Positions 1 through 12,420 of a stretch of 64,000 nucleotides of DNA are shown in pieces (the first letter of the stretch is position 1; each line of letters begins with the position of its first letter). The stretch is taken from the NCBI GenBank assembly GCA_951406725.2, contig OX597814.1, positions 31,186,001-31,250,000 on the forward strand. Reading direction: 5' to 3'. The DNA is from Octopus vulgaris (Eukaryota). The notes beneath the pieces are model-generated. The model was not told the origin of the DNA. It did not search any database and saw only the letters and a program-made list of their open reading frames with translations. Position numbers and translations under genes: made by a program.

Positions 1-11
1 TTTTTGTCAGA

Positions 12-395
12 TTACTGCACTCGCATTGAAGATAGTACGTGTCGTATCTTTCTACACACTCTGCATTGGATGCCTGACTTTTTGAATCTTTGTCTTTCCC
101 AAAAGCTGTCGTATTCACTTGTTTCTGGGGGCCTATAATTATCAATCCAGTTTCCTGCTTTAGGTTTCGACGTTTCATTAATAAGCAGGTTTTTAAATTC
201 AAAAGTCCTCGGTTTATTGTATAAATTTGCCAGGTCATTTTTTTTTCTCTTTCTAGCTGCTCGTGCTGTCGTTTTTCTTTCTATTCTAAAAATCTTTTCG
301 TGATTTTTCGCTTTTTCCGGCCGTAAGTAAGTCTTCTTTATAATGCAACAGTTGTTAAAAACGTAGAATTGCAGCACTGGTGGTGTCCTATGCAC
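12..395 (-). pseudogene. Degenerate gag-like retroelement ORF remnant with CCHC zinc knuckle
   Basis: The ORF ends CRVCRKIRHVLS-S; removing one base (tct-t-caa-tgc) restores CRVCRKIRHVLSQC = CX2CX4HX4C retroviral-type knuckle. Upstream sequence is decayed, so the family is not assignable. Confidence 0.45.
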
Positions 396-1819
396 GTAAC
401 CAATTTCTACGCACTTATTGTTATTATTAATAATAACAATAATATAATAAAATACTATTTATATTATTGTTGTACTTGCTGCTTTAATAGGTTTTCCAAT
501 TTATTATGCGCTTTAATTGCATAAAGTCACTCTGTTGTGGAACAATAGATACAGTTTGTATTCGTTTATCAGTGTATGCATGTATATTCTTATTGCCTTT
601 ATATTATTATACAATACATCAGAACATTGTATTGCTATTTTACGTTATCTGCATTTATAGGTCCTGACATTGCCTTTGTATATTTGCAGTTGTTTCTTTC
701 TTTGAATAGGTTTTATACTGGAGTTTATTTGTGTTTTCTTTCAAACACATCCTGAATAATTCTATTTTAAAACGTTGTATAATTTATCAGATATGGTATC
801 CATTGGGATCAATGTTTCTATCATGAGGCTTTTTGTGCGATCAGCCTGGATAATAATGCAAATTTGAATTTATTTCTTTGTAAAATAAGAACCATTGCAT
901 GCCCTAGAGTATGGTCTCTGTAACAGAGATTTGAGAATTCTTTTGTGTATGTTAATACCATCTTTCTTCTGTCAATTTCGTTTCACATACTTCTAAAATT
1001 TGTAACTCTGTCATACCTGCACATATACTCTTATGGCCACCACTGGGCATGCAATAAGATGATCAACACGTTCTCTCTCTCTCTCTCTCTCGAATTTTCT
1101 CTCGATTTTCATAGGTTTGTAATTACTTTTTACGTTCACATTTCTTAGCATGTCAGAAAACTACCGCTATGAATGTTTTGTTCTGTGTAGCTTTGTCCGG
1201 AAACAACTTTAGTCATGTGTTTATGACTTCATATCCGGAATAAACATGCATCACTTCTTGGTATGCATCTCCTTCTGTCTGTCTTATCGAATACTAGAGA
1301 TTAATATGAAACTGCATGCAATTAACGTCTGTACAACTGCTTAATATTGCATACCGTACTCATATATGGATACTTCGTAAGGAACAAAATTACTCTTCGA
1401 AACATGTCATATATTCATTTGGTCTTAGAAAGTCGGGAATTATTAATAATAAAAACTACAAAAAGCAAAAGAAACAGTTATAATAGTTATGTTTCATTTA
1501 TATATTGCTACAAGTACATGATGAATGGATAAAACCTAAATGTAAGAACAAAAACACAGCAGCAATATATGGTATACTTGAAATCTACATCACAAAGTAA
1601 CGATTGCATGGTTACAAACACACCTAGTCAAAAGTGACCAACTGGAATACATTTGGTTTTACGAACAAGATCCAAATCTGTTTTCCTTGTCGTCAAGGAG
1701 TTCAAACAGGAGTTGCAGTTACCACGACTGTAGATAAAGAAACCATATGACAAAATATTTTTAAAAAACCACAAAATGACTACTAACTAAATTTCCGTGT
1801 AGGCAAAGTTATGAATGTG

Positions 1820-2475
1820 TTACTAAGGAGGTTGCTTTGAACCATGAGGCTTCGGATTCATTGTTGCTGCGCAGTATCTTGAGCAAGTGTCTTCTGATGT
1901 GGCCCCTAACCAAGCAATGCTTCGTAATAGAATTTGGTTCAAGGCAGCGAGCTAGCTGAATAGTTAGCACGCCAGGCGAAATGCTTAGCGGTATTTCGTC
2001 TGTCTTTACGTTCTGAGTTCAAATTCTGCCGAGGTCGACTTTGCCTTTCATCCTTTCGGGGTCGATAAATTAAGTGCCAGTTACGCACTTGGGTCGATAT
2101 AATCGACTTAATCCCTTTGTCTGTCCTTGTTTGTCCCCTCTATGTTTAGCCCTTTGTGGGCAATAAAGAAATAAGAATTTGGTTGACGGAAACTGTGTAG
2201 AAGAGCGTGTATATATATATATATATATATATATGGGTGGTGGTGCGGGCGCGTGTGTGTGTGTTAGTAAGAGTGCCTTTGTATCTGTGGTCTTCTCCCA
2301 TCTTCATCACTTGAAAGTCGGTGTTTGTTTATGTCCCTTTAACTTACTGGAAAAGAGACCGACTGAATAAGTATCAGACGTAAAAAGTAGTATTCGAGTT
2401 GATTTGTTCGACTAAGCCTTAAAAGCAGTGTTTCAGTATGGCGGGAGTCGTTTGACAGAAACTAATAAAAGATAA
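1820..2475 (+). mobile_element. Old copy of SINE family D (microsatellite-containing tRNA-derived SINE), interrupted by a family A SINE
   Basis: Diverged head (cttgagcaagtgtcttct) at 1820-1939. It resumes at 2185 (gacggaaactg...(TA)n...gatttgttcgactaa...cagtatggc...gaaact), matching the younger D copies at 20199, 29774 and 31738. Confidence 0.75.
1942..2173 (+). mobile_element. SINE family A (tRNA-derived head, central gtcgactttgcctttcatcctttcggggtcgataaa domain)
   Basis: A-box-like and B-box (gagttcaaattc) head; near-identical to copies at 5814, 28199, 33388 and 48775; 11-bp TSD agaatttggtt at 1929-1939 and 2174-2184. Confidence 0.92.
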
Positions 2476-2539
2476 AACTAAATTAAAATCACATTGTGAA
2501 ATGATATTGCGTCCACAAGATAAGCTGCTAAATACCAAA

Positions 2540-2894
2540 GCCACCATGGTGGGGACGCTAGCAACGGGTAGCGTCAGAGCTATGCCGTCGGGAACTTCGG
2601 TTCCTGGTAGGGCTACCCAGGGCGGATTGGTCTGACACCGAGTGGTATTAGGGCCACAACCTGGCAGACGGGGCTCTGGTGAAAATCCTCGGAACGTCTG
2701 TTTCGGCAACCGGCGGCTCCTCGGTCGTTTTGTCCCTGCATCTGTGGACAATCTGCGGCAAACAAGATGTCTCTACATGCGGGATTGTTGGGGACCGCTT
2801 ATGAAATCCACATATTCCCACGAAACGTCTTCCAAGGAAGAAGCCGACTCAAACCGCCCAGGGTGAATGTCGCCACAAGTACAAGTACAAGTAC
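2540..2894 (+). mobile_element. Short GC-rich non-coding element with an RTE-clade-like 5' module and (ACAAGT)3 tail
   Basis: GC-rich island in AT-rich DNA. The motif gagctatgcc...tggtagggctaccca...ggtc resembles RTE-clade 5' UTRs (recalled, not searched). Ends in a short tandem-repeat tail acaagt x3 (2875-2892), as RTE 3' ends do. Contains several perfect hairpins. Confidence 0.55.
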
Positions 2895-5042
2895 ATCATG
2901 ACAAGGGAAGTGGATGCGAATAAAGAAAAATATCACTACGTATGGACTCAAGTGTGGACGTGGAACGTGTTTGATCATATTATAAGGTAAGTGCTTTCTA
3001 CACTAGAAGTATATAACTAAGTGAATGGTCGCCATATGCATGACCGACAAAATACTAGTGCCAAATTCATTTGACTTCACTATACTGTTTGATTTTGTAA
3101 CAATATGCAAAATAATTATAACACGCAGTGATTATATAAATAGTTAATATATGATTAATAGTTGTATTCATCAGATTACAAGGACTTTGATCCTTCACAT
3201 TTGATTTTCACCAAGGTTTTTATGCTTAACTATGGCTTACTTATAAATTAATCGCGTTTTATCAATTAACTCAAACAAAATGAATATAGCTGCTTTTATC
3301 TATATTGCAGATGAAGTTTACGGAGTGAAACGCTCCATTTCATCTGGGTATGAAAATTAAAGTCCAGATGAGTATGATTTGAACTCTGAATGTAGAGATG
3401 TAGCTAACATATATGGGTAATTACGTTGGCATTTCATAAATTCTATATTTTTATTTTAACGACTGAGAATGATAAGTAGTGTCTATAATAATAGTTATAG
3501 TAATATTTATGACGAGCTCATTTGATAGTAACTTCGTAAAGTTTTTTTATTATCTTATTGAATCTATCATCTCATTGAGATTATTAAATATTATCTATTT
3601 GAGTAGACTAAGATAGGAAATTGTTAATTCATTTGCGTAGTAAAGCAGTGAAGCAGATTTAAGCTGTGCGTTTAGAACAATTATTATATAGCAGAATACA
3701 TAACCGTAAAATTCTAACTACATTGTTACATCGCTAAAGAAAAATTAAGAAATGCGCAAATGATATAAAAGAGAGAAATTAGTTTGAAACTGCGTGTACT
3801 CAACTATTGGATAATGCATACCTTTCTCATATATTAATACTATGTAGGGAATAGAATTACTCAGCTTAAGTATGTAACATTTTACATTTTCGTTTGGTCA
3901 TGGAAAGTGGGAATTCTAAAAGGAAAATAAATATATTACAGAATATTCTTTTAGAATTAATCTCACGACAATCACATCCTATTTTGTTCCATCTGAAAGT
4001 TGTTTCATTCTCAGATGAATATCCTACTTACTGTCCAATACGTTATCTATAGCAGAGTTGCTCTTTCGAAATTATTTTTACTGATTATACAGATTGCATT
4101 ACAGAGAACATATTTCCTTTAGATTACTAATAACAAGTTATGTGACAAAGAATATAATTAGACTAAATAAAAATGAAGGTAGAAGTAGCAATTTTTTATT
4201 GTTACTGTTCTGGCTACCGTTCTTGTTAGTGCCATTACTGTTAAAAGCAGGAAAAATAAGTATAATTTAGTGTAACGAAGCTTATACGGAAACGAAGTCA
4301 CTGTGGGAACGTCATACAAATGTTTTCTCATAGCTAACAGAAAAGATAAAATTATAGAGATAAAAACAAAACCAGAATACAGAAAGAAATAGTAAGACAA
4401 GTGGAGAGAAAGGCGACAAACTGGCAGACATAAGAAGATTATAAAGCAAAATGTATCCTAATAGATGTAGAAGATCATGATTAAAGAAAAAAGCCGGCTG
4501 AATCGAAGACAGTACAGTTAATCACTTTCATCCAAACTAATTGGTGAAGATCATTGATGTTTAGGCCTTACCAATTGTACAGAGAGTTGGGGAAATCTAA
4601 TAACGCAGTTATGAATTGGTTAATTGAGAAAGTCCAAAGTAGTCATATGCAGGGCAAATCATAAAGTCTTTCACTAACTTCATTGTTAAATGCAATTACA
4701 AAAGGGGGTTGCGGTTAGTCATATCGATAGTTACAATAAATGAGTGCTTACACATCATAAAGTGTTCTCTGTGTGAAAGCAAAAGAAAAGCGTTCAATAT
4801 CACGGCATTGAATGCCATTTCCAGTCTGCATAATAGAAGAGTAGAACAATAAGCTAACTCAAAGAAACACATTTGGAAACTTATTCTTTGTAACTATTGA
4901 ATTTTTTAAAATTTACTTATTTGATCATATATATTTTTATAAAGCTCAATGTAATATAAGGAGGTGAACATATCCCCCACCTCTCTTTATCTCGTTATGT
5001 GCATAAACTTACGTAAATGTATGTAATCCCTGTCTATAATAA

Positions 5043-5054
<12 letters not shown>

Positions 5055-5140
<86 letters not shown>

Positions 5141-5149
5141 CATCCATCC

Positions 5150-5187
<38 letters not shown>

Positions 5188-5189
5188 AA

Positions 5190-5276
<87 letters not shown>

Positions 5277-5277
5277 A
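5055..5277. repeat. (TATC)n microsatellite
   Basis: Directly visible ~220-bp tetranucleotide array. Similar arrays at ~12920-13010, 18793-18918, 19141-19200 and 26695-26850. Confidence 0.97.
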
Positions 5278-5813
5278 ATTGCACTGGTGAATGTTTTCTT
5301 AGAACACCAATCAATTCCAAAACAAGATGTTTGTTGAAAGACTTTTTTTGGTGATTACAACAAAACCGCATTATTAAGATTATGTAGTACAAAATTCGTT
5401 TCCGACTTTATTGAAAACCGATATAGTCGGTTTGGTGAGACGAATTTAATGTAGAATGGAATGTTGTATGTCAGCAGTACATTCCAAAATTAGAAATAAT
5501 GTCACAATCCAGTAAAAGTCCAGCGTGATATCAAGTTTTAGAATGGTTTCTACCGATAGTTTCATATCTACGACGAGAGTTGAACTGCGAACTATTAGTT
5601 CGCTAAGTATTTGTTAAATACAACAAAGATAAATAAATATATATAAATGTATGTGTGTGTACGACCGGATGGTGTGTTTTGCTGGTTTCTGTTCGTTGCA
5701 TTGTTTCTGTTCTATCCGTGATATATACACATAATGATTTTATATATATATATATATATATATATGCGTGGCGTTACATACATGCATACATGCACATACA
5801 CGGACACACACGT

Positions 5814-6037
5814 ACCTATTTCTTTACTACCTACAAGGGGCTAAAAACAGAGAGGACAGACAAACGGATTAAGTCGATTATATCGACCCCAGTGCGTAAC
5901 TGGTACTTACTTAATCGATCCCGAAAGGATGAAAGGCAAAGTCGACCTCGGCGGTATTTGAACTCAGAGCGTAGCGGCAGACGAAATACGCCTAAGAATT
6001 TCGCCCGGCGTGCTAACGTTTCTGCCAGCTTGCCGCC
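5814..6037 (-). mobile_element. SINE family A
   Basis: Reverse complement of the 28199 copy; 12-bp TSD-like cacggacacaca at 5799-5810 and 6040-6051. Confidence 0.92.
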
Positions 6038-6293
6038 TTCACGGACACACATATACATATATACTGGAATATGTGTGAAATCCTTGGTACAGTTAGGTAT
6101 ATTTGAAAAAGGAAAAGAATGACTCCATTGGTAGTTTTATTCAATTTATTTTTTAATAATATAATTTTAAAGTTTGCGTTCTATATCCAAAGCAATCATA
6201 TTATAAAAAATCAAATTGCTTGAAACTACCAGTAAAATCATTCTTTTTTCTTTTTCATATATATACATATCTTGCTGATAGTACATGCACAAT

Positions 6294-6614
6294 GGAGGAG
6301 GAGGTGGAAACCCCCTTCGGTCATGAATGACCATGGGATTGCACCTAGAAAGTTACCCTCCGAGGCAAAAGTCCAAGCAAGGTTGTTTGTGGAAGACCAG
6401 TAGTCGCCCATGCATACCAGCCTCCCCGATGTTATCCAAGGGAAAGGCAAAGGCCGATACAGCTTGGCACCAGTGACGTCGCAACTCATTTCTACAGCTG
6501 AGACAACTGGAGCAACGTGAAATAAAGTGTTTTGCTCAAGAACACAACACGCAGCTCGGTCCGGGAATCGAACTCACAATCTCACGCTCCAACCACTGAG
6601 CCATGCGCCTTCAC
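6294..6614 (-). mobile_element. SINE family C (tRNA head + CORE-like domain + tail Z)
   Basis: Minus-strand head with B-box gagttcgattccc; CORE-like cttgagcaa..cactttatttcacgttgctccag; second copy at 11378; TSD acatgcacaat (6283-6293) / acatgtacaat (6615-6625). Confidence 0.88.
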
Positions 6615-8043
6615 ACATGTACAATATAGTACATCTATTTCTCCACTGAGCATGGATGTCTCTTAGCCATTTTCAGAATACCGAACCTGCAGTCTGTAGT
6701 GATTTTAGTTGGAGTTTAGTCTTAATTTTCTTAATAAACACCTAACATGCTATAAAGATAATTAAAACTAAAATTCGATATTATATCCAAATCTTAAAAA
6801 CAAAGAAGCACAACAAGCCGACAGAAACTTGGTGGTGACAATAATATAATTTACTGCCCGTTCTTACAACTTATTATATTACAAACATTTTTCTTTTAAC
6901 TGCGGTTAACCACACGGCAAAGCTAGGTTAATATTTTCTGTAGTAGTGGAAGGATTGCTTTCCTAATTACAAAAATGCATCGTTTTATTCCCAAATACGT
7001 AGGTAAAAAAATATGAACATACGAAGTACATATAGTAATCTGTTTTATCTCAATTTGTGTGAAGAATTGCTAAAACCTATCTAAAAAAAGACTGCTAGCT
7101 TCAACTAGAAAAGACAGCTCGTAATACTCTGCAATGATAATACAAAGAGAAACCTAGAGACAGATATAAAAAATTCCAATAAACAGCACAAGAAATTAGA
7201 TAGTCATCTTTTCAAATGAGAAAAATTGCGACTTTAGAGGAAATGATTTCTTGTTAATACTTTGGTGGCATATAGAAGGAGACCGGAGGTTACATATCCA
7301 TACTACAATTAAACAATTTAAATTAGAAGTGTACCCATATCATTAACATGTGAACCCACCCCCATACAATAAGTGTGACGTATATATTCAATTTCGAAGG
7401 CTCTCGGACAAAGTTTGACCAATATAACCAAAGATAAGTGTAGCAAAGATCGAGAAACTTTTAACGCTTTTCAAAATTCCCATCAATCTCTCACATATTC
7501 ATTTAAATAAGTTCGAGAAAGTTCGAAGGTAAATTTACCAATCAGTGTTGTACTTTGTCCTCGGATAACAATTGCTGTATGTGTGTTCACAAGACATTCG
7601 ATTCATTGTGGTGAGTAAACTTTGAGACACCACAGAGTTCCAAGCGGGTTGTGTCCCTTTAGTCAAAGCTAATCGACGATCAAGGGACATAAACAAGAAT
7701 TGTGGCTCTAGTTTTTAGAATTAAGCGATCAAATTATTGGCTGATGCATGATGATGTCTTTCAATTCGATAAATTCCCATCGGAGAATTTACGGAGGACT
7801 GAAAGAATCAAAGCAATGGTGTATATAATCTTTCTAAGTACATTCTGGTAGATGTTAATGTGGATTTGCTAATCGCATTTGTATTTCATCTTCAAAGAGC
7901 GAATTATTCAGACGATGTTTTCATTCTCGCTTATCTCCATGAATACCATTATGTATTTATAATATCTTCTAAAATAAGATGAAACAAATTTTTATAATTC
8001 TTACAACTTGCACCTGTCCTCAAGAGAAATGTCTAAATTTAAT

Positions 8044-8106
<63 letters not shown>

Positions 8107-8291
8107 ATCTATAGTACATCTATATATATATATATATATGTATGTATATATGCGTGTGTACACAGGTGCAGTATGACTCCTTGATGAACAAGATCACTTT
8201 AATAACTCCGAGGTCCTGAGTTGGATTCTACTGTATGGTATCTTGAGCAAATGCAACTTTTTCTAACCTCGGAACGACCTGTACCTTATTC

Positions 8292-8332
<41 letters not shown>

Positions 8333-8430
8333 TTCAGCAAGATTTTATTTTCAGATGAATGTGGTACTTAAGTTAAAGGCACCAGAATTTTGTATGGTAT
8401 TATCCATATAAATCAAATGGGGTGATTATA

Positions 8431-8875
8431 ATCAAAACAAGCAACAAGGATATCCAAGGTAGTGTAGTACAATTGTTTCACGCTACTTCATTTTATTAAA
8501 CACTGTAAGTATTTTAAGATGTCGACCAACATAGAATTTTTAATTAAACGGACAATGTACATTTTTATACTTATTTTATTTGCCACATTACAAAGAGGGT
8601 AGATGGAGAGGTTAATTTCATCATTAAGAACATGGTAGTAGTATGCTCTTAATGATTGAATTAAGCTCTCTGTCTATATATCTACTCTCTTTGTAATGTG
8701 GCAAATAAAATAAGTATAAAAATGTACATTGTCCATTTAATTAAAAACTTCTATATGTGGCTGAAGATTGCTCGACATTTTAAAAATGATGTAATACTTA
8801 GAGTTTTTAATAAAATGAAGTAGCATGAAACAATTTTACTACACTACCTTGGATATCCTTGTTGCTTATTTTGAT
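8431..8875. repeat. ~445-bp imperfect palindrome (inverted Penelope-type pseudo-LTR pair)
   Basis: 8431-8633 is the reverse complement of 8643-8875 (e.g. atcaaaacaagcaacaaggatatccaaggtagtgtagta / tactacactaccttggatatccttgttgcttattttgat), with a 9-nt central loop at 8634-8642. The arms carry hammerhead core motifs. Confidence 0.9.
8756..8843 (+). ncRNA. Hammerhead ribozyme motif, type I topology, Penelope-like (degenerate copy)
   Basis: Stem I tgtgg (8756-60) / ctaca (8839-43); CTGAAGA 8761-67; stem II tgct/agca with a long insert; GAAAC 8827-31; AATT; triplet TTA here, but GTA with the palindromic ACAATTGT stem III in the other arm (minus strand 8463-8479). Confidence 0.6.
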
Positions 8876-8907
8876 AAATATATATATGTGCGTTTGTGTG
8901 TGTGTGT

Positions 8908-10420
8908 CATTATTCAGTTTATTTCAAGATTTCTTGCCAATAGAGAAAGAACCGGTTTCTAACCTAGATCCAATGCTCCTTCGTTGAAATTTCTACTTCA
9001 TCAACAGGGTATTTTTGTATGTATGTATGTATGTATGTATGTATGTATGTATGTATGTATGTGCAGATTTCTATGTTTTATGTATGTATTCTCATGTATA
9101 TAGTTGCATATTCAGACATGCTCATATATATTTAAATGATAAACTTCTGGAAAGTTTTAGAGATTTTTACAGTTCCAGTGATGGACTGGATCTGCAATCT
9201 TCGATTTAGCTTTCTCCTTTCTGGTTTTGAGAAGCCTAATTTCTCAAGAGTGGTATTTAGGCAGTATGTGACATATCCCAGGGCTCCAATAATTACAGGA
9301 ATAAACCTGTACTTGTAATCTGGATATAGTAACTGCAGATTTCGCAATAGTTCAGCATAGATGTTCTCTTTTTCATTGATCTTCAGCTTTATGTTAACAT
9401 CCGCTGGGCAGCTAATTTCCACAAGTGTGCACAGTTTCTCTTCCCTATCCCAAATCCTTATATCAGGTATGTTGTGCTTATATTTTATTGAGGTCTTCAC
9501 TGGTACATTCCACCAGTATTCCTTTTTATTACGAGTGGCTATAGCTTCTACTATATTGTGGATTCTTATTTTTTTGTCCTCGGGATTATCCTTCCGACGG
9601 ATTTCTTTATAGAGTGAGTTAGCAACACCGTCGTGTCTCATCGGTAGATAAAACCGTGATGATATTTTCGGATAACTGCTTATGATGTGGGTGATATCTT
9701 CAGAAAGTCTGCATCGGTTGTCACGCTTTACTTGCATTTCTATCCCTTTTGTGTATCAGTTACTTGGTTGATATTTCCTTCAAAGTGAGAGAAAGTAATC
9801 CGGTTATTCGTGCATGATAAACTGCTTTGATGATCGATGTTACTATCATCTCGGAGCTTTCTAGTAAGATACCCATGCATAGTCTTCTGCTCATATCGGC
9901 TCAACCTTTCATTTGATGATGCATTGCGGTAGAGTCGTACGATTACCAAGTTTTATGGTGTTATCAGCCTTATCATGTTATCAGCCTCATGTATGCAAAC
10001 TTGGTCAAGTGATGCACATCGACACTTGGTGGTTAAAAGATGTTACCGAAGGGATATGATGCGATATTCAAAGGCATTTTGATCGATGTTAAACCTCTTC
10101 CGCCTTGTTTTCGTTTTAGGTAGATGCGGTCTACATCACTGTTTCTGTAGAAATTATGTATGCTTGTTAAAATTTTTCGGGTTTTCACATCACTGGTTCG
10201 GATCTCATCATGCGTCCAATCCAGCAACCCAAATGTTGGTATGAGTACTGGCACTGCAAACACATTGTGGGCTATTGTTTTATTGAATGCAGCGAGTTCT
10301 GAGGTCCTGATTTTCTTCATTTAGCTGTAATATTCTTTAGTGACACGTGTTTTGTTACAGGTGCTACTGTAAGATATATTTTCATCCACCCTAGGTACCT
10401 GAAACATTTCCCGGCAGGTG
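8908..10420 (-). mobile_element. 5'-truncated R4/Dong-type non-LTR retrotransposon (end of RT region + CCHC + RLE), pseudogenised
   Basis: ORF 9132-9737: RCRL..EDITHIISS..Y..RHDGVA (CCHC remnant), HNIPDIRIWD..LVEISCP (RLE PD..E motif), FIPVIIGALG. Upstream fragments 9740-9949 and 10033-10320 (RIYLKRKQGGRGL). The 3' UTR contains a (TATG)n tract. Confidence 0.88.
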
Positions 10421-10626
10421 CAGGGAGCTTTTAGTAACATATCCATGCATAGTATTCTGCTCATATAGGCTCATCCCTTCATGTATTTATGTATGAATGT
10501 ATGTATGTATTTATTTCTGTATCTATATGCATGTATGTTTGTATGTATATCTTTATATATATATATACATGTATATATGTATATGTATAAATATATATAC
10601 ATATCTCTCTGTCTGTCTGTCTGCTC

Positions 10627-10729
<103 letters not shown>

Positions 10730-11339
10730 TTATACATACATGCATACGTACATATATACATACACTGATACATATATTCCTAATATCTATTAATGCTATC
10801 ACTGCTGAAAATTTTAACAAGATCTTCTTTCATAGGTTACACAGTGGTAAACCGTAAACTAAGACACCTAATAGATGTCAACAACTCAAAGGAGATGTAA
10901 GAAAAAATCTTATTTTAACAATCTCCTAATTTTCACTATATGAACAATTTACTACTAATCATATAAAAATATACCGCTTATCATAAAATCTAATCATATA
11001 AAAGTAGGATAATGGAAATAACAAAGCAATATTGATATAGCATAACACTATTTTTTTTATCTTGAAATCTATATCTATGATTTCCATAGATAAAATATGG
11101 CATCGCAATCAATCCAGATCGATTCAATATCACGTCAATAAAAGAACTTAAACATCAAAATTCATTCAAATACTCTATCCATATATTTTTCAAATAATAT
11201 AGGATAAGTAAAACAGGGTATATCCCGCTATATATATTTTAATATGAACTGCTTTCCTGTTTTATAAACACATGCAGATCAGAGAATACTAATAAAAGTT
11301 GTGTATGAAGCGATATTCCTTGAAATTTGAGCTTGTTTA

Positions 11340-11377
<38 letters not shown>

Positions 11378-11716
11378 AGGGTAACTCCCTTCGGTCATGA
11401 ATGGCCATGGGTTTGCACCTAGAAAGTTACCCTCTACGGCACAAGTCCGAGCAAAGTTGTTTATGGAAGACCAGCAGTTGCCCAAGCATACCGGCCTCTC
11501 CACTTCACGCCACCGATGTTATCCAAGCGAAAGGCAAAGGCCGATACAGCTTGGTACCATTGACTCTGCAACACATTTCTGCAGCTGAGTGAACTGGAGC
11601 AACATGAAATAAAGTGTCTTGTTCAAGAACACACCACGCAGTCCGATCCGGGAAACGAACTCAGAACCTCACGATCGTAAGCTCGAAGCTCTAACTATAG
11701 AGCCATGAGTTTTCAC
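11378..11716 (-). mobile_element. SINE family C
   Basis: Colinear with 6294-6614 (cccttcggtcatgaatg..cacctagaaagttaccctc..ggccgatacagcttgg..ctggagcaac). Confidence 0.88.
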
Positions 11717-11791
11717 AATATATATATATATATATGCATAATTATGATTGTGTGTCTGTAAAATTCGAGTCCAATAAGTTGTCGTTGAAAC

Positions 11792-12035
11792 GAGTTAGAG
11801 CTTCGAGTTTACGATCGTGAGTTTCTGAGTTCGTTTCCCGGACCGGACTGCGTGTTGTGTTCTTGACACTTTATTTCATGTTGCTCCAGTTCACTCAGTG
11901 ATGTCGCAACTCATTTCTACAGCTGAGTTAACTGGAGCAACGTGATATAAAGTGCCTTGCTCAAGAACACAATACGTAGCCCGGTCCGGGAATCGAACTC
12001 ACAACCTCACGATCGTAAACTCGAAGCTCTAACTC
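11792..12035. repeat. Fold-back pair of SINE C head fragments (~105-bp arms)
   Basis: 11792-11898 (+ orientation) is the reverse complement of 11923-12035; begins gagttagagcttcgagtttacgatcgtgag and ends ctcacgatcgtaaactcgaagctctaactc. Confidence 0.88.
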
Positions 12036-12207
12036 AGCTTCTCCCTTTTGTCTCAAATCTAATATCAGTTACTCTAAACTAATAAAACAATGTATTGAAT
12101 AAACTTATAAAACAATGGATTGAATTGACCAATTAGTAATTCGTGTGACAGAAGATAGGCTTTTGTTAACATTGTGATGATATTTATGTATGAATAAGAA
12201 GCTACCG

Positions 12208-12420
12208 ATCAGGAAGAATCGTTAGCTCGCCGAGCGAAAAGCTTAGCGGCATTTCATCCCTCTTTACGTTCTGGGTTCAAATTCCGCCGTGATCGACTTT
12301 GTATTTCATCCCTTCAGGATCGATAAAATAAGCATCAGAGGAGCACAGGGAACAATGTAATCGCCATAGCATTTCCCTTCGAAACTGCTGGCCTTGTGTC
12401 AAAACTTGAAGTGAATATTT
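12208..12420 (+). mobile_element. Diverged SINE family A-related copy
   Basis: gaatcgttagc..cgaaaagcttagcggcattt..gggttcaaattccgcc..tcgactttgtatttcatccc..gatcgataaaataag; the tail differs from that of the 28199-type copies. Confidence 0.75.

Noticed and set aside
2419-2866. ORFs 2419-2751 (-) and 2642-2866 (+) in the GC-rich island
   Set aside because: No recognisable motifs; open frames are expected from the local GC content.
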